DNA from: Candidatus Hadarchaeota archaeon
Lineage (GTDB): Archaea > Hadarchaeota > Hadarchaeia > Hadarchaeales > JAGGTB01
Length of the DNA: 64,000 nucleotides
NCBI GenBank assembly: GCA_964384105.1
Contig: CAYLJV010000001.1
Coordinates: forward strand, 320,001 to 384,000
Direction: 5' to 3'
Under the pieces are notes generated by a model. That model was not told the origin of the DNA and did not search any database. It was given only the letters and a program-made list of their open reading frames with translations. The first letter of the stretch is position 1; the number at the start of each line of letters is the position of its first letter. Below are positions 1 through 10,547 of the stretch, in pieces. A program made the translations under genes and the position numbers.

Positions 1-2
1 AC

Positions 3-467
3 GAGTATCAGTCTATACTTCGGAGAATAAATAGGGTAATTGGGGAGATAAATGGGAAATTTGAGGAGGCTAAATGGACGCCCATAAAGTCCTTTCATCG
101 TTTCCTTCCTGATCAAGAGGACCTGATCCCGTATTACTTGGCAGCAGATGTTGCACTGGTGACACCGTTAGTGGATGGTATGAACTTGGTTTCTAAGGAG
201 TGGATTGCTACTGCAGATGATGGTGTTTTGATATTATCTGAATTCGCTGGTGCTGCAGAGGAGTTGACCGAGGCGCTTAGTGTGAACCCCCATAATACAC
301 GACAGGTAGCTCAAAGCATCAAGGAGGCCTTGACTATGCCAAAAGAAGAAAGAAAAGAAAGATTAAAGAGATTGAAGGAGCGAGTGAAGGAGAGAGATTT
401 AGAGTGGTGGCGCGAAGAATTCGTTAAAAGATGGTTAAAGGTTTATGAGAATGATTCTGAGGTTTAA
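3..467 (+). CDS. otsA: Trehalose-6-phosphate synthase (GT20), C-terminal part, truncated by window edge
   Basis: Frame open from nt 3: [46 protein letters not shown], the GT20 signature. Confidence 0.92.
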   Translation, partial: EYQSILRRINRVIGEINGKFEEAKWTPIKSFHRFLPDQEDLIPYYLAADVALVTPLVDGMNLVSKEWIATADDGVLILSEFAGAAEELTEALSVNPHNTRQVAQSIKEALTMPKEERKERLKRLKERVKERDLEWWREEFVKRWLKVYENDSEV

Positions 468-566
468 TTTTTATGGGGATCTTTAACCAGATTGCAAAAA
501 ATCTTGTTTCTAACTAATTTTTCAAATCAGCTTTAATTAACTAGTAGCGAGATATTGGTAGTTTGA

Positions 567-1157
567 ATGATGTCAAATGCTTTTATATCTAGCAGTTTGG
601 GATTTTCTCATCCCATAGTCCTAAACGGCTTGTCATTGAATTTTCAGGGAATAATAGAGGTTTTCCCTTTCATTTTTCTGGCGTTAGGAATTCTTTATAG
701 TTTCTTTGGAAAAGAAATCTTCGATATCCTTAATTTTACTATTGGTGGTGCTATCTCTGCTGGATTCGTGTATTTTAATGGCCTTGCTATTGGCCCGGGT
801 ATGTATTTTCTTCTGATTCTAACTTTCCTAATTTCTGGAGCAGTAGCCTATTTTGCCCCCTACTTACTTGTGTCAGTCATTGGGTTTGTTTTTGGTGCTG
901 GGCTTTTGTTTTCTTATTCTGGGTTCTTAGCAGTTATCTTTGGTATAATAATCGCTGCCGCTGCTATTTTTCTTCTAAGGTTTTTGCTACCTGTGGTAAC
1001 GGCGCTAGTTGGAGGTCTTTTGGGTGGAATTGCAGCTTTTGTTCTGTTTGGTTTCCCAGAAGCGTTCTTTATAACTACTTTCTGCTTATCCATTGGTGGA
1101 ACGATATTTCAGTTACTAAGAGCTGATTCTACCTTCAAACCGAGTTCGGAAAAGTAA
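567..1157 (+). CDS. Multi-pass membrane protein (DUF4203-like)
   Basis: 196 aa, about 7 Gly-rich hydrophobic helices. Family call is tentative. Confidence 0.65.
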   Translation: MMSNAFISSSLGFSHPIVLNGLSLNFQGIIEVFPFIFLALGILYSFFGKEIFDILNFTIGGAISAGFVYFNGLAIGPGMYFLLILTFLISGAVAYFAPYLLVSVIGFVFGAGLLFSYSGFLAVIFGIIIAAAAIFLLRFLLPVVTALVGGLLGGIAAFVLFGFPEAFFITTFCLSIGGTIFQLLRADSTFKPSSEK

Positions 1158-1200
1158 TTTTTAATGCAATATTAGTAGAAATAAAAAACCATATTTAACA

Positions 1201-2019
1201 TCATTTAGTGTTCTTGAAGTTCGTTTTCTTGCTATCTGCAACATAGTGTTCCAGAGTTCCTACGCCTTCGATTTCAATTTCGACTGTGTCACCATCTTTT
1301 AGAGGTCCTACTCCCGAAGGGGTACCCATGGCAATTACGTCGTCAGGTTCTAGTGTCATAAACTTAGTTATTTCTTCTATAACTTCTTCTACTGAGAATA
1401 TTAGTTCATCACCAGAGGAATTTTGTTTCAATTTTCCGTTAAGTCTAAGCTTTACGGTTGGATTTTTGGGAACAAGGTCTGGTGTGGCAACAACTGGTCC
1501 CATGGGGGCTGCGTTATCAAATGACTTTCCTCTTACCCAGTTCCTTTCAGCACTTTGATCGTCACGATTTGAGATATCGTTTATACAGGTAAAACCTTTT
1601 ATTACTTCCATTGCTTTTTCTTTTTTGACATTTTTGCATTGTTTACCTATTACAACACCAATTTCGGCTTCATAGTCGATTCTCCCAATACCCGTTTCGA
1701 TTTCTCCCATGTTTTCGAGGTCTTTTTTTCCTATTCCGGGAGTGGGCAGAAATATCGTGTCCTTATGTCCTGCTATGGTATTAGGTGTCTTGAGGAAAAG
1801 CTGGGGTCTGGTAGGCAAGTCATCTGGAAAATTATGGCCACTTTCTTTGAAATGCTCTAGATAGTTTATTCCAACACAAATTATCTTTGTGGGTTTTGCT
1901 GGTGGTAGAATATCAACCTCGGTGGGAGAGTACTTATTTTCAAAAAATTTGATATAATTATTCTCCCATATTCCCGTCCTTTCATAACCCGTAGGATCCT
2001 TGAATTTTACGTATCTCAT
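1201..2019 (-). CDS. Fumarylacetoacetate hydrolase family protein
   Basis: KIICVGINY, DYEAEIGVVIG, NDIS.RD, GKSFD..PMGP and GTPSGVG motifs. Confidence 0.93.
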   Translation of the reverse strand: MRYVKFKDPTGYERTGIWENNYIKFFENKYSPTEVDILPPAKPTKIICVGINYLEHFKESGHNFPDDLPTRPQLFLKTPNTIAGHKDTIFLPTPGIGKKDLENMGEIETGIGRIDYEAEIGVVIGKQCKNVKKEKAMEVIKGFTCINDISNRDDQSAERNWVRGKSFDNAAPMGPVVATPDLVPKNPTVKLRLNGKLKQNSSGDELIFSVEEVIEEITKFMTLEPDDVIAMGTPSGVGPLKDGDTVEIEIEGVGTLEHYVADSKKTNFKNTK

Positions 2020-2136
2020 GCTGGTATCTTTTAAGTGTTCTCGATTTTATTTCTTTTGAAGAGGGTTTAGCTCACTTTTGAGAAATTATTTTTGGTAGAA
2101 AAGCTTACTGAGTACTGGAATCTGTTGGAAACAGGA

Positions 2137-2379
2137 ATGAATTATATGGATTGGCAGATAGTGGGATTGATAATACAAATAGTTGCTCTTGCTGCAGCTC
2201 TTTTGTGGATTACCCGTGATGCTAGGAAGAAAAATATTAGTGGGAAAATATATTTTTTCTGGGTTTTGATTCCAGTCCCCGCTCTATTTTTGTTGGGGAT
2301 AATCGGAATTTTGATTACGGTAGTGGCTTACTATTTTTGGACCGAATATTTTTGGAAAGAAGGTTCTAACAAAGATTAA
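2137..2379 (+). CDS. Small membrane protein
   Basis: 2-3 TM helices with a W..RDARK motif. Start placed at ATG 2137, with 2146 as an alternative. Confidence 0.55.
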   Translation: MNYMDWQIVGLIIQIVALAAALLWITRDARKKNISGKIYFFWVLIPVPALFLLGIIGILITVVAYYFWTEYFWKEGSNKD

Positions 2380-2443
2380 ATTGAACCAGATCTTTTGTTA
2401 ATGAGTTATAAAGGCTGATAAATATATTGAATTAAGTGCCAAT

Positions 2444-2836
2444 ATGAAAGTTCTTTTTATAGATGATGAACCAGCTCTTTTGGAACAAGCAAAGATTTTT
2501 TTGGAAAGATGCGATAGCAGATTAGACGTTAAGACTGTTTCTTCTGCGGAACAAGGTCTAGAGTTGTTGGAAAAAGAGAAATACGATGCCATAGTTTCTG
2601 ATTATCTATTGAATGAGATGGATGGGGTGGAGCTTTTGAAAAAATTGAGGGGAGAAGGTAATGATATCGTGTTCATAATTTATACTGGTAAGGGTCGTCA
2701 GGAAGTTGAGAAGGAGTCCCTTAGTTTAGGAGCTGATCTCTATCTACAAAAAGGAGGGAATCCGAGAGAGCATTACGAGAATCTTGCTCAGACTATCATA
2801 AGTCAAGTTGAAAATAAGAGGGCCGCTGGAAGTTGA
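2444..2836 (+). CDS. Stand-alone response regulator receiver
   Basis: VLFIDD, AIVSD (phospho-Asp), MDG, YTGKG and YLQK motifs. Confidence 0.92.
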   Translation: MKVLFIDDEPALLEQAKIFLERCDSRLDVKTVSSAEQGLELLEKEKYDAIVSDYLLNEMDGVELLKKLRGEGNDIVFIIYTGKGRQEVEKESLSLGADLYLQKGGNPREHYENLAQTIISQVENKRAAGS

Positions 2837-2970
2837 AGACGGTAAATTATATGATTTTGTAGTTTTGAAAATCATACAGAAATTTTTTAATGTGATAACC
2901 GGAACGAATTCAAATAAAATTAGGTCGTATTGTTTCTATAAGGATCAGCTATAGTGGATGGTGGATTTAC

Positions 2971-3468
2971 TTGGATAGAAAAAGAGTTCTTGAAATACTG
3001 AAAAGCTTTTACAGAGATTTGCCTCATTTTCCAGATGGGAGAATAGACTATTCTAATTCAAATGAAGCCCCTACGGTCGTAGCTTTTCTGAAATACAAAA
3101 GCGAAGTCCTCTTGCTAAAAAGAAGCAATAAAGTTAGAACTCATGAAGGTAGATGGAGTGTAGTAGCTGGATATTTAGATGAGCTAAAACCTGTTTCGGA
3201 GAAGGTCATAGAGGAGATAAAGGAGGAAACAGGTATTGGTAAAGATAAGATTTTATCTGTGAAGCAAGGAGAAGTCAGGAAATTTTATGATGATGAGAAA
3301 ACGTGGATTTCTCATCCTTTTTTAATCGAGTTGAAAGAGAAGCCGAAAGTAGAATTGGATTGGGAGCACACTGATTTTGAATGGGTAGAGTTAGATGATG
3401 CTAAAAGGCATCTTTCGAAACCATTTTCTGACGGTTTAGAGAGAATTTTATCTATAGTAAGTGATTAG
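2971..3468 (+). CDS. NUDIX hydrolase
   Basis: LLLKRS..V.T..G.W..VAG, Nudix box ..EEIKEETG, LDWEH..FEW. TTG start after GGTGG. Confidence 0.88.
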   Translation: MDRKRVLEILKSFYRDLPHFPDGRIDYSNSNEAPTVVAFLKYKSEVLLLKRSNKVRTHEGRWSVVAGYLDELKPVSEKVIEEIKEETGIGKDKILSVKQGEVRKFYDDEKTWISHPFLIELKEKPKVELDWEHTDFEWVELDDAKRHLSKPFSDGLERILSIVSD

Positions 3469-3544
3469 ATCTGATAGTTTTAGTTAAGGAACTATTAAGT
3501 AAACTGAGAATATAATCAGCGTAGTAATTATGGATGGTGGATAG

Positions 3545-5443
3545 ATGGAATTAGATCTCACAGATTCGGTCGAAGAAAAAATCGATAAATTATCTAAAAG
3601 ATGGGATATTGATAAGGACGTTCTTACGAGAGAATTTACTCGAATATATAATAGGAAATCTGTTCAGGAGAGTGAATTTCTAAAAGATGACGAAGAGAAA
3701 CAGAATTATGCAGTGGAACGTCTTTTTGTCGAGTTCGGTCCCAATAGTTCTAGTTCTACCTCTAAAAGGAAGGTAAGAAAGGGTAGCTTTGACCTCAACC
3801 TCTATAGAAGTGATGGAACCAATCTTGAACCTTTGAATTATTCTACAGGAAAAAATCAAGTTGAAGTTATAGATGAAATACTAGAAGCCTTCGAAAGCTC
3901 CGATGAAGTTTTCCTTAAAGGAGTTGTTGGGTCTGGCAAATCTGTTTTGGGCATAAGGACCGCGATGGAATTTGGAGGCGGGATAGTTTCAGTGCCAACG
4001 AATGTTCTTTCACATCAGTATCACGATGATTATGAAGGGAGTAAGTACTTCCTCAAAGATGACGGAGAAAAACTCGACATAAGCGTTTTGAAAGGAAGAG
4101 ATAACTTTCTCTGTCCCTTTCTTGAAGATAAGTACCCCGGTGGCGATTACAACACTTGCCAAAATCAGTCCTTGCCTTGTACAAGACCACTCGCAGAAGA
4201 TGAGTCACGAATGGAAGCTTTGTCGGATTGTCCTTACTGGGGATTCATCTTCCCGTCTTCCAGACCTTTAAAGAAAAGGAGAGAACATGTTGGTGCTTAC
4301 AAGAGTCTTTTGGGGCGACACTCATTTCTGTTTAAGGGTGGATGCCCCTACTGGGAACAGTACAGAAGCTATCTTTCCTCTGATGTGATTGTATTGAATT
4401 CGTCAAAGTGGGAAATAGAGGCTTGGATTGGTAGACTACCTTCTATGGATATAACTATTATTGATGAGGCCGATGCTTGGCTTGATGGACTTTGCTCGAA
4501 AGTCAACGTCAGTGACAAGAAGATAAAATATCTATTAAATAAGCTCAGAGATGAGGGTTTACCAAGCAAAGCTAAGAGAATACGAGAGATTTGGAGTGAC
4601 TATAAATCTGGTTTCGCAGAGCCACTTCCTCTCGCTGAGGAACTACATGATGTTCTGAGCGGTTTAGATTTGGGTATTAATCTATATTGGCAGTTGGATC
4701 GAGTTCTGAAGTTCAAAGACGAAATTGTTTCTAAGGAAGAAGAGAAAAAAATTGTTTTCTATATTCCGGATCCAAAACCAGTGCTGTCTGAACTCCAGGA
4801 TAGAGTGGGTGGAAAGTGGTTAATGATGAGTGCTACGGTTCAGGACCCTGTAGTTTTAGAAAATGTCTATGGGATTGATCCGATATTTGTGGAAGGCGAG
4901 GTAAATTTCCCAGGGAGGTTAATTCGAAGGAAGATAGGTTCTGAAATGAAGGTAAATAATAGAAGATGGAAAATCCCTCGGTTTAGAAGAAAATACTCTG
5001 AAATAAGAGATGAAATTTTGAAGAGGGCTAAGAGGCCTGGGTTCGTACCTGTGCATGCTACTAAATATCTTCCAGATAACGTCGAGAATCTTACAGAAAA
5101 AGACCAAAGAGATGTAGATGGTCTTACCTTTTCTACTAAAATGGATAGGGGAGCAGATTTGGAGGAGATGGAAAGCGTTATAATCTTGAAATATCCGTTC
5201 CCAGGTTTGGGTGATCCACTCTTGAAAGCTACTAAGAAAAAGTTAGGAGATGCAAAATTTTGGATGTACTATCGAGATATGTCTAGGAGAGAATTCATAC
5301 AACAGGTAGGAAGAACTCTTAGATCTCCGGATGATATGGTGGAGTTTTGGAGTCCGGATGCTAAGTGCCATGAGAAGTTGAAACAGGATTGGGAGGGTAC
5401 AATAGTTGAAGGTTACGATAATAAGACAAATAGAAATTCTTGA
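3545..5443 (+). CDS. DinG/XPD-like SF2 helicase with Cys-rich insert and extra N-terminal domain
   Basis: Walker A GVVGSGKS, IIDEAD, MSAT, motif VI QQVGRTLRS, and several Cys after KGRDNFLC. Confidence 0.85.
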   Translation: MELDLTDSVEEKIDKLSKRWDIDKDVLTREFTRIYNRKSVQESEFLKDDEEKQNYAVERLFVEFGPNSSSSTSKRKVRKGSFDLNLYRSDGTNLEPLNYSTGKNQVEVIDEILEAFESSDEVFLKGVVGSGKSVLGIRTAMEFGGGIVSVPTNVLSHQYHDDYEGSKYFLKDDGEKLDISVLKGRDNFLCPFLEDKYPGGDYNTCQNQSLPCTRPLAEDESRMEALSDCPYWGFIFPSSRPLKKRREHVGAYKSLLGRHSFLFKGGCPYWEQYRSYLSSDVIVLNSSKWEIEAWIGRLPSMDITIIDEADAWLDGLCSKVNVSDKKIKYLLNKLRDEGLPSKAKRIREIWSDYKSGFAEPLPLAEELHDVLSGLDLGINLYWQLDRVLKFKDEIVSKEEEKKIVFYIPDPKPVLSELQDRVGGKWLMMSATVQDPVVLENVYGIDPIFVEGEVNFPGRLIRRKIGSEMKVNNRRWKIPRFRRKYSEIRDEILKRAKRPGFVPVHATKYLPDNVENLTEKDQRDVDGLTFSTKMDRGADLEEMESVIILKYPFPGLGDPLLKATKKKLGDAKFWMYYRDMSRREFIQQVGRTLRSPDDMVEFWSPDAKCHEKLKQDWEGTIVEGYDNKTNRNS

Positions 5444-5531
5444 AAATCAAAATATTTGATATCTCTAGGATCTCTTTACATTGAAAATTGAGAAATATAG
5501 GACATATTTTCGAATCTTGTAGTTTAAGAAT

Positions 5532-6347
5532 TTAAATTTCTGATAGTATTTTCCTCAGTTCTTTTATTCCTCTTTTCGCTGTTGACTCCGGTTTTTTTGG
5601 ATCCCAAAGCTCTAGGATTATGGGGCCATCATAATATTTTTTCAATGTTTCTAGAATTGGGTGAAATTTTATTTTTCCGGAACCCGGAGGAAGGTGGAGG
5701 TCCGAGTGGCCGTCGTTATCATGTAAGTGTACATTTTTTATTTGATTTTTTAGGGTTTCAATCAAATTCACTATATATTTCTCCCCATTTTCTGTAGACA
5801 AGAATACGTGGCCTACATCTAGGGTTACTCCAAGATTTTTCTTTTCCTTAGTCAGATCGATAAGGTTTTTGGCTTTAGTTGGGTAGTCTGCTTGATGAGA
5901 ACCAGTTTCTATCGCCAAGTTGATTTCTAGTTCTTCAGTATAGCTTGTCAGTCCTTCAATATAATCTTCAAACCATTCTGTACATATGCTTGATTCGGGG
6001 CTCTTTTCAAGGATCCAGCATCGTCCCGGATGTATAGTAACAGTGTCCCCATCGAGTAGAGAACAAATCCTAATACTTTGTTTGCTCTTTTCTTTTGACA
6101 ATTTACGGATTTCGGAGTACTGACTAGTTGGGTTCAAGTCCCAAAGTCTAGCGTGTACCCTCGACTTTAATCCAGCCAATTTGATTTTTTCGTTAATAGT
6201 TTCTATTCTTTTTTCATCAATATCGGCAGAAAATTGCGGTAGATCAAAAAATATTTCTATGTAATCTAGATTAGTCTCCTCGGCGATTTTGATACAATCT
6301 TCTGGTTGACTTTCGGGGGAGAGTAAAGTTGAGAGACCTATTTTCAT
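5532..6347 (-). CDS. Sugar phosphate isomerase/epimerase (xylose isomerase-like TIM barrel)
   Basis: TIHPG, AIET, TLDVGH, VHLHDNDG..DLHLPPG.G and ILE metal ligands. Confidence 0.88.
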   Translation of the reverse strand: MKIGLSTLLSPESQPEDCIKIAEETNLDYIEIFFDLPQFSADIDEKRIETINEKIKLAGLKSRVHARLWDLNPTSQYSEIRKLSKEKSKQSIRICSLLDGDTVTIHPGRCWILEKSPESSICTEWFEDYIEGLTSYTEELEINLAIETGSHQADYPTKAKNLIDLTKEKKNLGVTLDVGHVFLSTENGEKYIVNLIETLKNQIKNVHLHDNDGHSDLHLPPGSGKIKFHPILETLKKYYDGPIILELWDPKKPESTAKRGIKELRKILSEI

Positions 6348-6411
6348 TGTATTTTAGTTATTAGAAGTAGTTATTAAGTAAAATTTTCTAATCTGAAAGA
6401 AAGCGAATTTC

Positions 6412-7656
6412 TTAGAACTCGAAATTTTTGTATATCTGGTTTATTTCTTCTATCAGCTGGAATGGGTGTTTCTCTTTTTTCATTTTATCTTTCTGATGGG
6501 ATATTATCTTTGGAATTTTGCGTAAATTGTATGGGAGATTATGGCTTATGAAGTACGCTCCCAGATTTTTGAAAATTATAAGATCACCAATCTTCATATT
6601 CGGCATTTCTTTTGGTGTTTTTACCAGCCAATCTTCGGAGTGACACAAATTCCCGGCAATCTTCGATTTTACTAAGTTTTCGCTTTTAGAAATTACTTCA
6701 GGATAAGTTTCAGTTTCGTGTCTGTTTATCTTAACCATATCCTCGCTTCCGTCTACGATTATAGTCTTTTCACCATACATCTCTTTGATATTTACAGCGC
6801 TTACAACCAGCATTGTTGTCTTAGAGGCTAAAGACCTGCCAGGTTCTATAGCGAGTTCGAAATCACCTAGTTTGTTTCTCCACTTCTTCACTTCTTTGTC
6901 TATTTCTTTTCCAAATCTTTTCACTGGTTTTTCTTTATCGTGGGGATCAACCGGATATCCGCCACCAATATCCAAAATTTTCATGTTTATATTATTGGTA
7001 TTTGCAAAGTTCAGGACTTTATTTATTGCTTCGATGTAAAAGTGAGGACTCTCTATTTTCGATCCGAGGTGGAAATGAAAACCTGCAAAATCTAAATCTA
7101 ACTCCTTTATCTTTTTTAGAGCATTGTCAACTGAATCTTTGTCTTTACTAAAAAGGACTCCGAATTTGGATTCTTTCCCGGATGTACTCACTGCTGCTTT
7201 GACTTGCTCGATTGGTTGTGTTCTGAGTAGGACCTCCATATTTTTACTTTTCTCTGCTTTATCCAAAGCCTTAGAAAAATTCGATATACCATTTATTGAT
7301 CCTAAGACGAATCTTTTAACTCCTTTATTCAAGGCGTAAACGAACTCTTTTTCAGTTTCAGCTACGCTTGTATAGGTTACTCTATCTGATTTGCATTTAC
7401 TTATTTCTAGAAGCTTTAGTTCACCGGGAGAAAAAACGTCAAAGTAAGCCCCTAGATCTTGGAGTTTTTTCAAAATGGTTTGTGTGTAATTGGCTTTCAT
7501 TGCATAAGCTATTTTGGTGTTTTTCGGAAAAGAAGATTTTATCAAGTTAAATTGCTCTACTAGTCGGTCTATGTCCACTAAGTAGAGTGGTGTCCCATAT
7601 GTTTTTGACGCTCTTTTTATTATCTCGAGTTTTTCTTCAGACATTTTTTCTCCCAT
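6412..7656 (-). CDS. Group IV PLP decarboxylase (diaminopimelate/ornithine decarboxylase family)
   Basis: YAMKAN (PLP Lys), SKFG, HFHLGS, LDIGGGYP, EPGR, GNLC and GAY motifs. Confidence 0.88.
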   Translation of the reverse strand: MGEKMSEEKLEIIKRASKTYGTPLYLVDIDRLVEQFNLIKSSFPKNTKIAYAMKANYTQTILKKLQDLGAYFDVFSPGELKLLEISKCKSDRVTYTSVAETEKEFVYALNKGVKRFVLGSINGISNFSKALDKAEKSKNMEVLLRTQPIEQVKAAVSTSGKESKFGVLFSKDKDSVDNALKKIKELDLDFAGFHFHLGSKIESPHFYIEAINKVLNFANTNNINMKILDIGGGYPVDPHDKEKPVKRFGKEIDKEVKKWRNKLGDFELAIEPGRSLASKTTMLVVSAVNIKEMYGEKTIIVDGSEDMVKINRHETETYPEVISKSENLVKSKIAGNLCHSEDWLVKTPKEMPNMKIGDLIIFKNLGAYFISHNLPYNLRKIPKIISHQKDKMKKEKHPFQLIEEINQIYKNFEF

Positions 7657-7839
7657 TTTGTTAGAATCTCTTTTTGTATTTTGTTTTTTGATTTTATATC
7701 ATTAAGACTATAGTGTTTCACTATCGTTCTTTTTATCGTTTGATTTGGATAGTCGTCTATTGATTTCATGGATCTAGGTTTGAAAAATTTAGCAGGATAA
7801 TTAAGTTTTTGTTAAATCATTGAATAAAGGAAACTAGTT

Positions 7840-8799
7840 ATGTTTGACAAGATATTTGGCTCAAATAATAACAAAGAAAAAGTCAGAGATTTAGAAAAGA
7901 GATTAAAAGAGAAAAATGATCGTCTAAAGGATTTAGAGAAGCAAGTAGAGAAGTTAAGGCGAGATTTGAAAAAGGAGCGGGACCGAGCTAAGGAGGCTAT
8001 TACAGAGAAACAAAGAGTGGATAAGGAACTAAAGGATACCAAACAGAAAATTGAAACATTGGAAGATAGAATTTCTAGGGTAAAGGAAAAAGAGGAGAGG
8101 GAGAGGAATTTTAAGCGAGTTGTTATTTTTTCACGAGAAGATGCGCTGATATTTTTAGATGAATTGAAGAGTTTTAGAACTGAGAAAAATTTCTTGTTAA
8201 CACAGTATTTTTCCGATCCAAAAAAAGCTAAATCAGATGATATGGCTAAAGCTGTCAAGAGTATAGATTCAAAAACTGGTTATGTTGGTTTTCAAGATGA
8301 ATTAGAAATATTTAGTTTTGTTTTGGTACCACCTTTTCCGGTTGAAAACGATTTTTTTAGAAATAATTTATTTCACACTGAGAAAGTAAACCAGCTTCTT
8401 AACTCTGATTTGAAAATCCTGTTTCTTTCCTTGCATTCAGGGAAGTCTTGTGTAGGTTTCATGGTGGGACCAGAAATTAAGGATTTTAAGATCATCAGAA
8501 GTTCAGTTAAAAGTAAACATTCTAAGGGCGGGTTTAGTCAAGGGAGGTTTGAACGAGGTAGAAAAAAACAGATTCGTGAACATATAAAAAGTGTATTGGA
8601 GTATTTAGAAGATTTGAAATACGACGACTTGGATTACGTGGTTTTGGATGGTAATGAGAGAATTATTGGTGAGATAGTGGGTAATCTACCTTTTGACTGC
8701 TCTGTAATAAACAGGAATCTAGATATTAGTGAAATTAGCAAGAAAAATTCCGATGAGTTTTCTAAAGAGATTTGGAGTACCAGGGTCTATATTATGTGA
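7840..8799 (+). CDS. Vms1-like release factor homolog (acVLRF1 family) with N-terminal coiled coil
   Basis: VKSKHSKGGFSQGRFER catalytic-loop motif and an N-terminal heptad coiled coil. Confidence 0.82.
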   Translation: MFDKIFGSNNNKEKVRDLEKRLKEKNDRLKDLEKQVEKLRRDLKKERDRAKEAITEKQRVDKELKDTKQKIETLEDRISRVKEKEERERNFKRVVIFSREDALIFLDELKSFRTEKNFLLTQYFSDPKKAKSDDMAKAVKSIDSKTGYVGFQDELEIFSFVLVPPFPVENDFFRNNLFHTEKVNQLLNSDLKILFLSLHSGKSCVGFMVGPEIKDFKIIRSSVKSKHSKGGFSQGRFERGRKKQIREHIKSVLEYLEDLKYDDLDYVVLDGNERIIGEIVGNLPFDCSVINRNLDISEISKKNSDEFSKEIWSTRVYIM

Positions 8800-8828
8800 A
8801 ATTTTTCTGTGAAAGAATTGAGTTACGA

Positions 8829-10340
8829 TTACTTGTTTGTGATTTTGTATATTCTTCCATATTTCGTTTTTATATACTCAAGGAAGTCATTTGATGTGAG
8901 ATTTTTCCCTGTAGCCTTCTGTATCAGTTGGTCAGTAGTGTAGCGTTGCCCGTGTTTGTGTACTTTTCCCCTTAGCCATTTTTTAAGGGGTTGAAATTCT
9001 CCGCTCCTGATTTTTCCCTGTAGGTCATCTATCTCACTCTTGGCTTTTTTGTATATTTGAGCGGACAGAACACTTCCTAAAGTGTAAGTAGGAAAGTAGC
9101 CAAATCCCCCATGTGCCCAATGTATATCTTGTAAGCAACCCTTTGAGTCACTTTCAGGGATGATGTTCAGATATTTTTCCATTTTCTTGTTCCAGTTTTT
9201 TGGAATTTCGTCTGTTTCTAAATTCTCCTCAATGAGCTCGCGTTCTATCTCGAATCTCAGTATGATATGCATGTGATATGTGAGTTCATCGGCTTCTACA
9301 CGGATTGGATTATCTTTGTAAACTTGGTTTATGGCTTCGTAAGTTTCTTGTATAGAAACATCGAGGGAAGGTACTTTTTCGTTGATTTTTGGGAGAAGCA
9401 GATGCCAAAAATCCTTAGATCTTCCTATGTGGTTTTCCCATAGACGGGATTGAGACTCATGAATGCTAAGGCCCCGTGATTCCCCCAGGGGTGTACCATA
9501 TTCTTCTTGAGGAAGTCCCAATATATAGGTCGCATGTCCAAATTCATGTATCGCACTCATTATTGCATCTAGTGGATTTTTTTGAAAACGGGTGGTAATA
9601 CGGGCATCAAACTGGTTCCCTTCGGTAAAAGGGTGCGCTGAAATGTCAAGGCGGCCTTTTTCCCATTCGAATCCTAGAAGGTTGAGGGTTTCTCTAACTA
9701 ACTCTTCTTGAATATTTTTATCCAATTCCTCTCTAAATACCGTTTTATTTATATTGGCATTTGAGCTGTAAATCTTGTCTATAAAAGGAACCAATTCTCT
9801 ACGGATATTTTTCAAAATATTTTCGGCTTTATCAAGCTCTATATATGGCTCAAAATCTTCAAAAAGTACTTCATAAGGTTTTTTGTCGGGATCTATTTTT
9901 TCAGCGTACTCTTTTTTCATTTCTATGAGTTTTTCTAGGAATGGGGAGAAAGTAGAGAAATCATTTTTTTCTTTCGCTTTTTCCCATGCGGGGATAGATT
10001 CAGAAGCTGTTTCAGAAATTTTTTCTACAAGTTCATTTGGGACTCTTTTCGCTCTTTTATACTCTCTGTTTATCTCTCTAATTACCGACTGCTTTTCTTC
10101 GGATAACTCGTCCTTTTCTATGCCTTTTAGAAGTCTTCCAGTCTCTTCCGCTGTGAAAAGTTCGTGATGTAGTGAAGATAAAGTTGATATTTGCATTGCG
10201 CGGGCGGGAGTGCCTTTTTCAGGCATCATTACTTCTTGGTCCCACCTGAGAACACCTATGGAATGACCAATATTCGAAATCTTTTTTATTCTTTTCAAAA
10301 GGTTCCGATAGTTTCCCTCTGAGTTACAGGAATTTGTCAT
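8829..10340 (-). CDS. Carboxypeptidase, family M32
   Basis: WDQEVMMP, HPF, HEFGH, HESQ, IRVEADE and GCLQDIHW..G.FGYFPTY motifs. Confidence 0.96.
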   Translation of the reverse strand: MTNSCNSEGNYRNLLKRIKKISNIGHSIGVLRWDQEVMMPEKGTPARAMQISTLSSLHHELFTAEETGRLLKGIEKDELSEEKQSVIREINREYKRAKRVPNELVEKISETASESIPAWEKAKEKNDFSTFSPFLEKLIEMKKEYAEKIDPDKKPYEVLFEDFEPYIELDKAENILKNIRRELVPFIDKIYSSNANINKTVFREELDKNIQEELVRETLNLLGFEWEKGRLDISAHPFTEGNQFDARITTRFQKNPLDAIMSAIHEFGHATYILGLPQEEYGTPLGESRGLSIHESQSRLWENHIGRSKDFWHLLLPKINEKVPSLDVSIQETYEAINQVYKDNPIRVEADELTYHMHIILRFEIERELIEENLETDEIPKNWNKKMEKYLNIIPESDSKGCLQDIHWAHGGFGYFPTYTLGSVLSAQIYKKAKSEIDDLQGKIRSGEFQPLKKWLRGKVHKHGQRYTTDQLIQKATGKNLTSNDFLEYIKTKYGRIYKITNK

Positions 10341-10396
10341 ATAGGTGTATCTCTTCGTTTATGATATTAGAATATTTTTTTGAGAAAACTTTATTT

Positions 10397-10411
10397 AGTG
10401 ATAATATCACT
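10397..10411. promoter_or_regulatory. Perfect 7-1-7 palindrome AGTGATA-A-TATCACT in the divergent M32/ftsZ intergenic region
   Basis: Read directly. A second 6-4-6 inverted repeat, GAGATT-AATA-AATCTC, lies at 10464-10479. Confidence 0.45.
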
Positions 10412-10547
10412 CATACCATTCTAAGGATTGCTAGACGTGGAGAATGAGTTTATAACTGTGTTTGAGATTAATAAATCTCGGAGAGTTACGTGACTAGAAG
10501 AATAGGAGCTTATAAAAAGACCAATTCTAGCTTTATGGTGAATTGTA

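Noticed and set aside
10448-10456. GTT-TAT-AAC resembling a SurR site
   Set aside because: A single short motif in AT-rich DNA overlapping a TATA-like element. Insufficient evidence.
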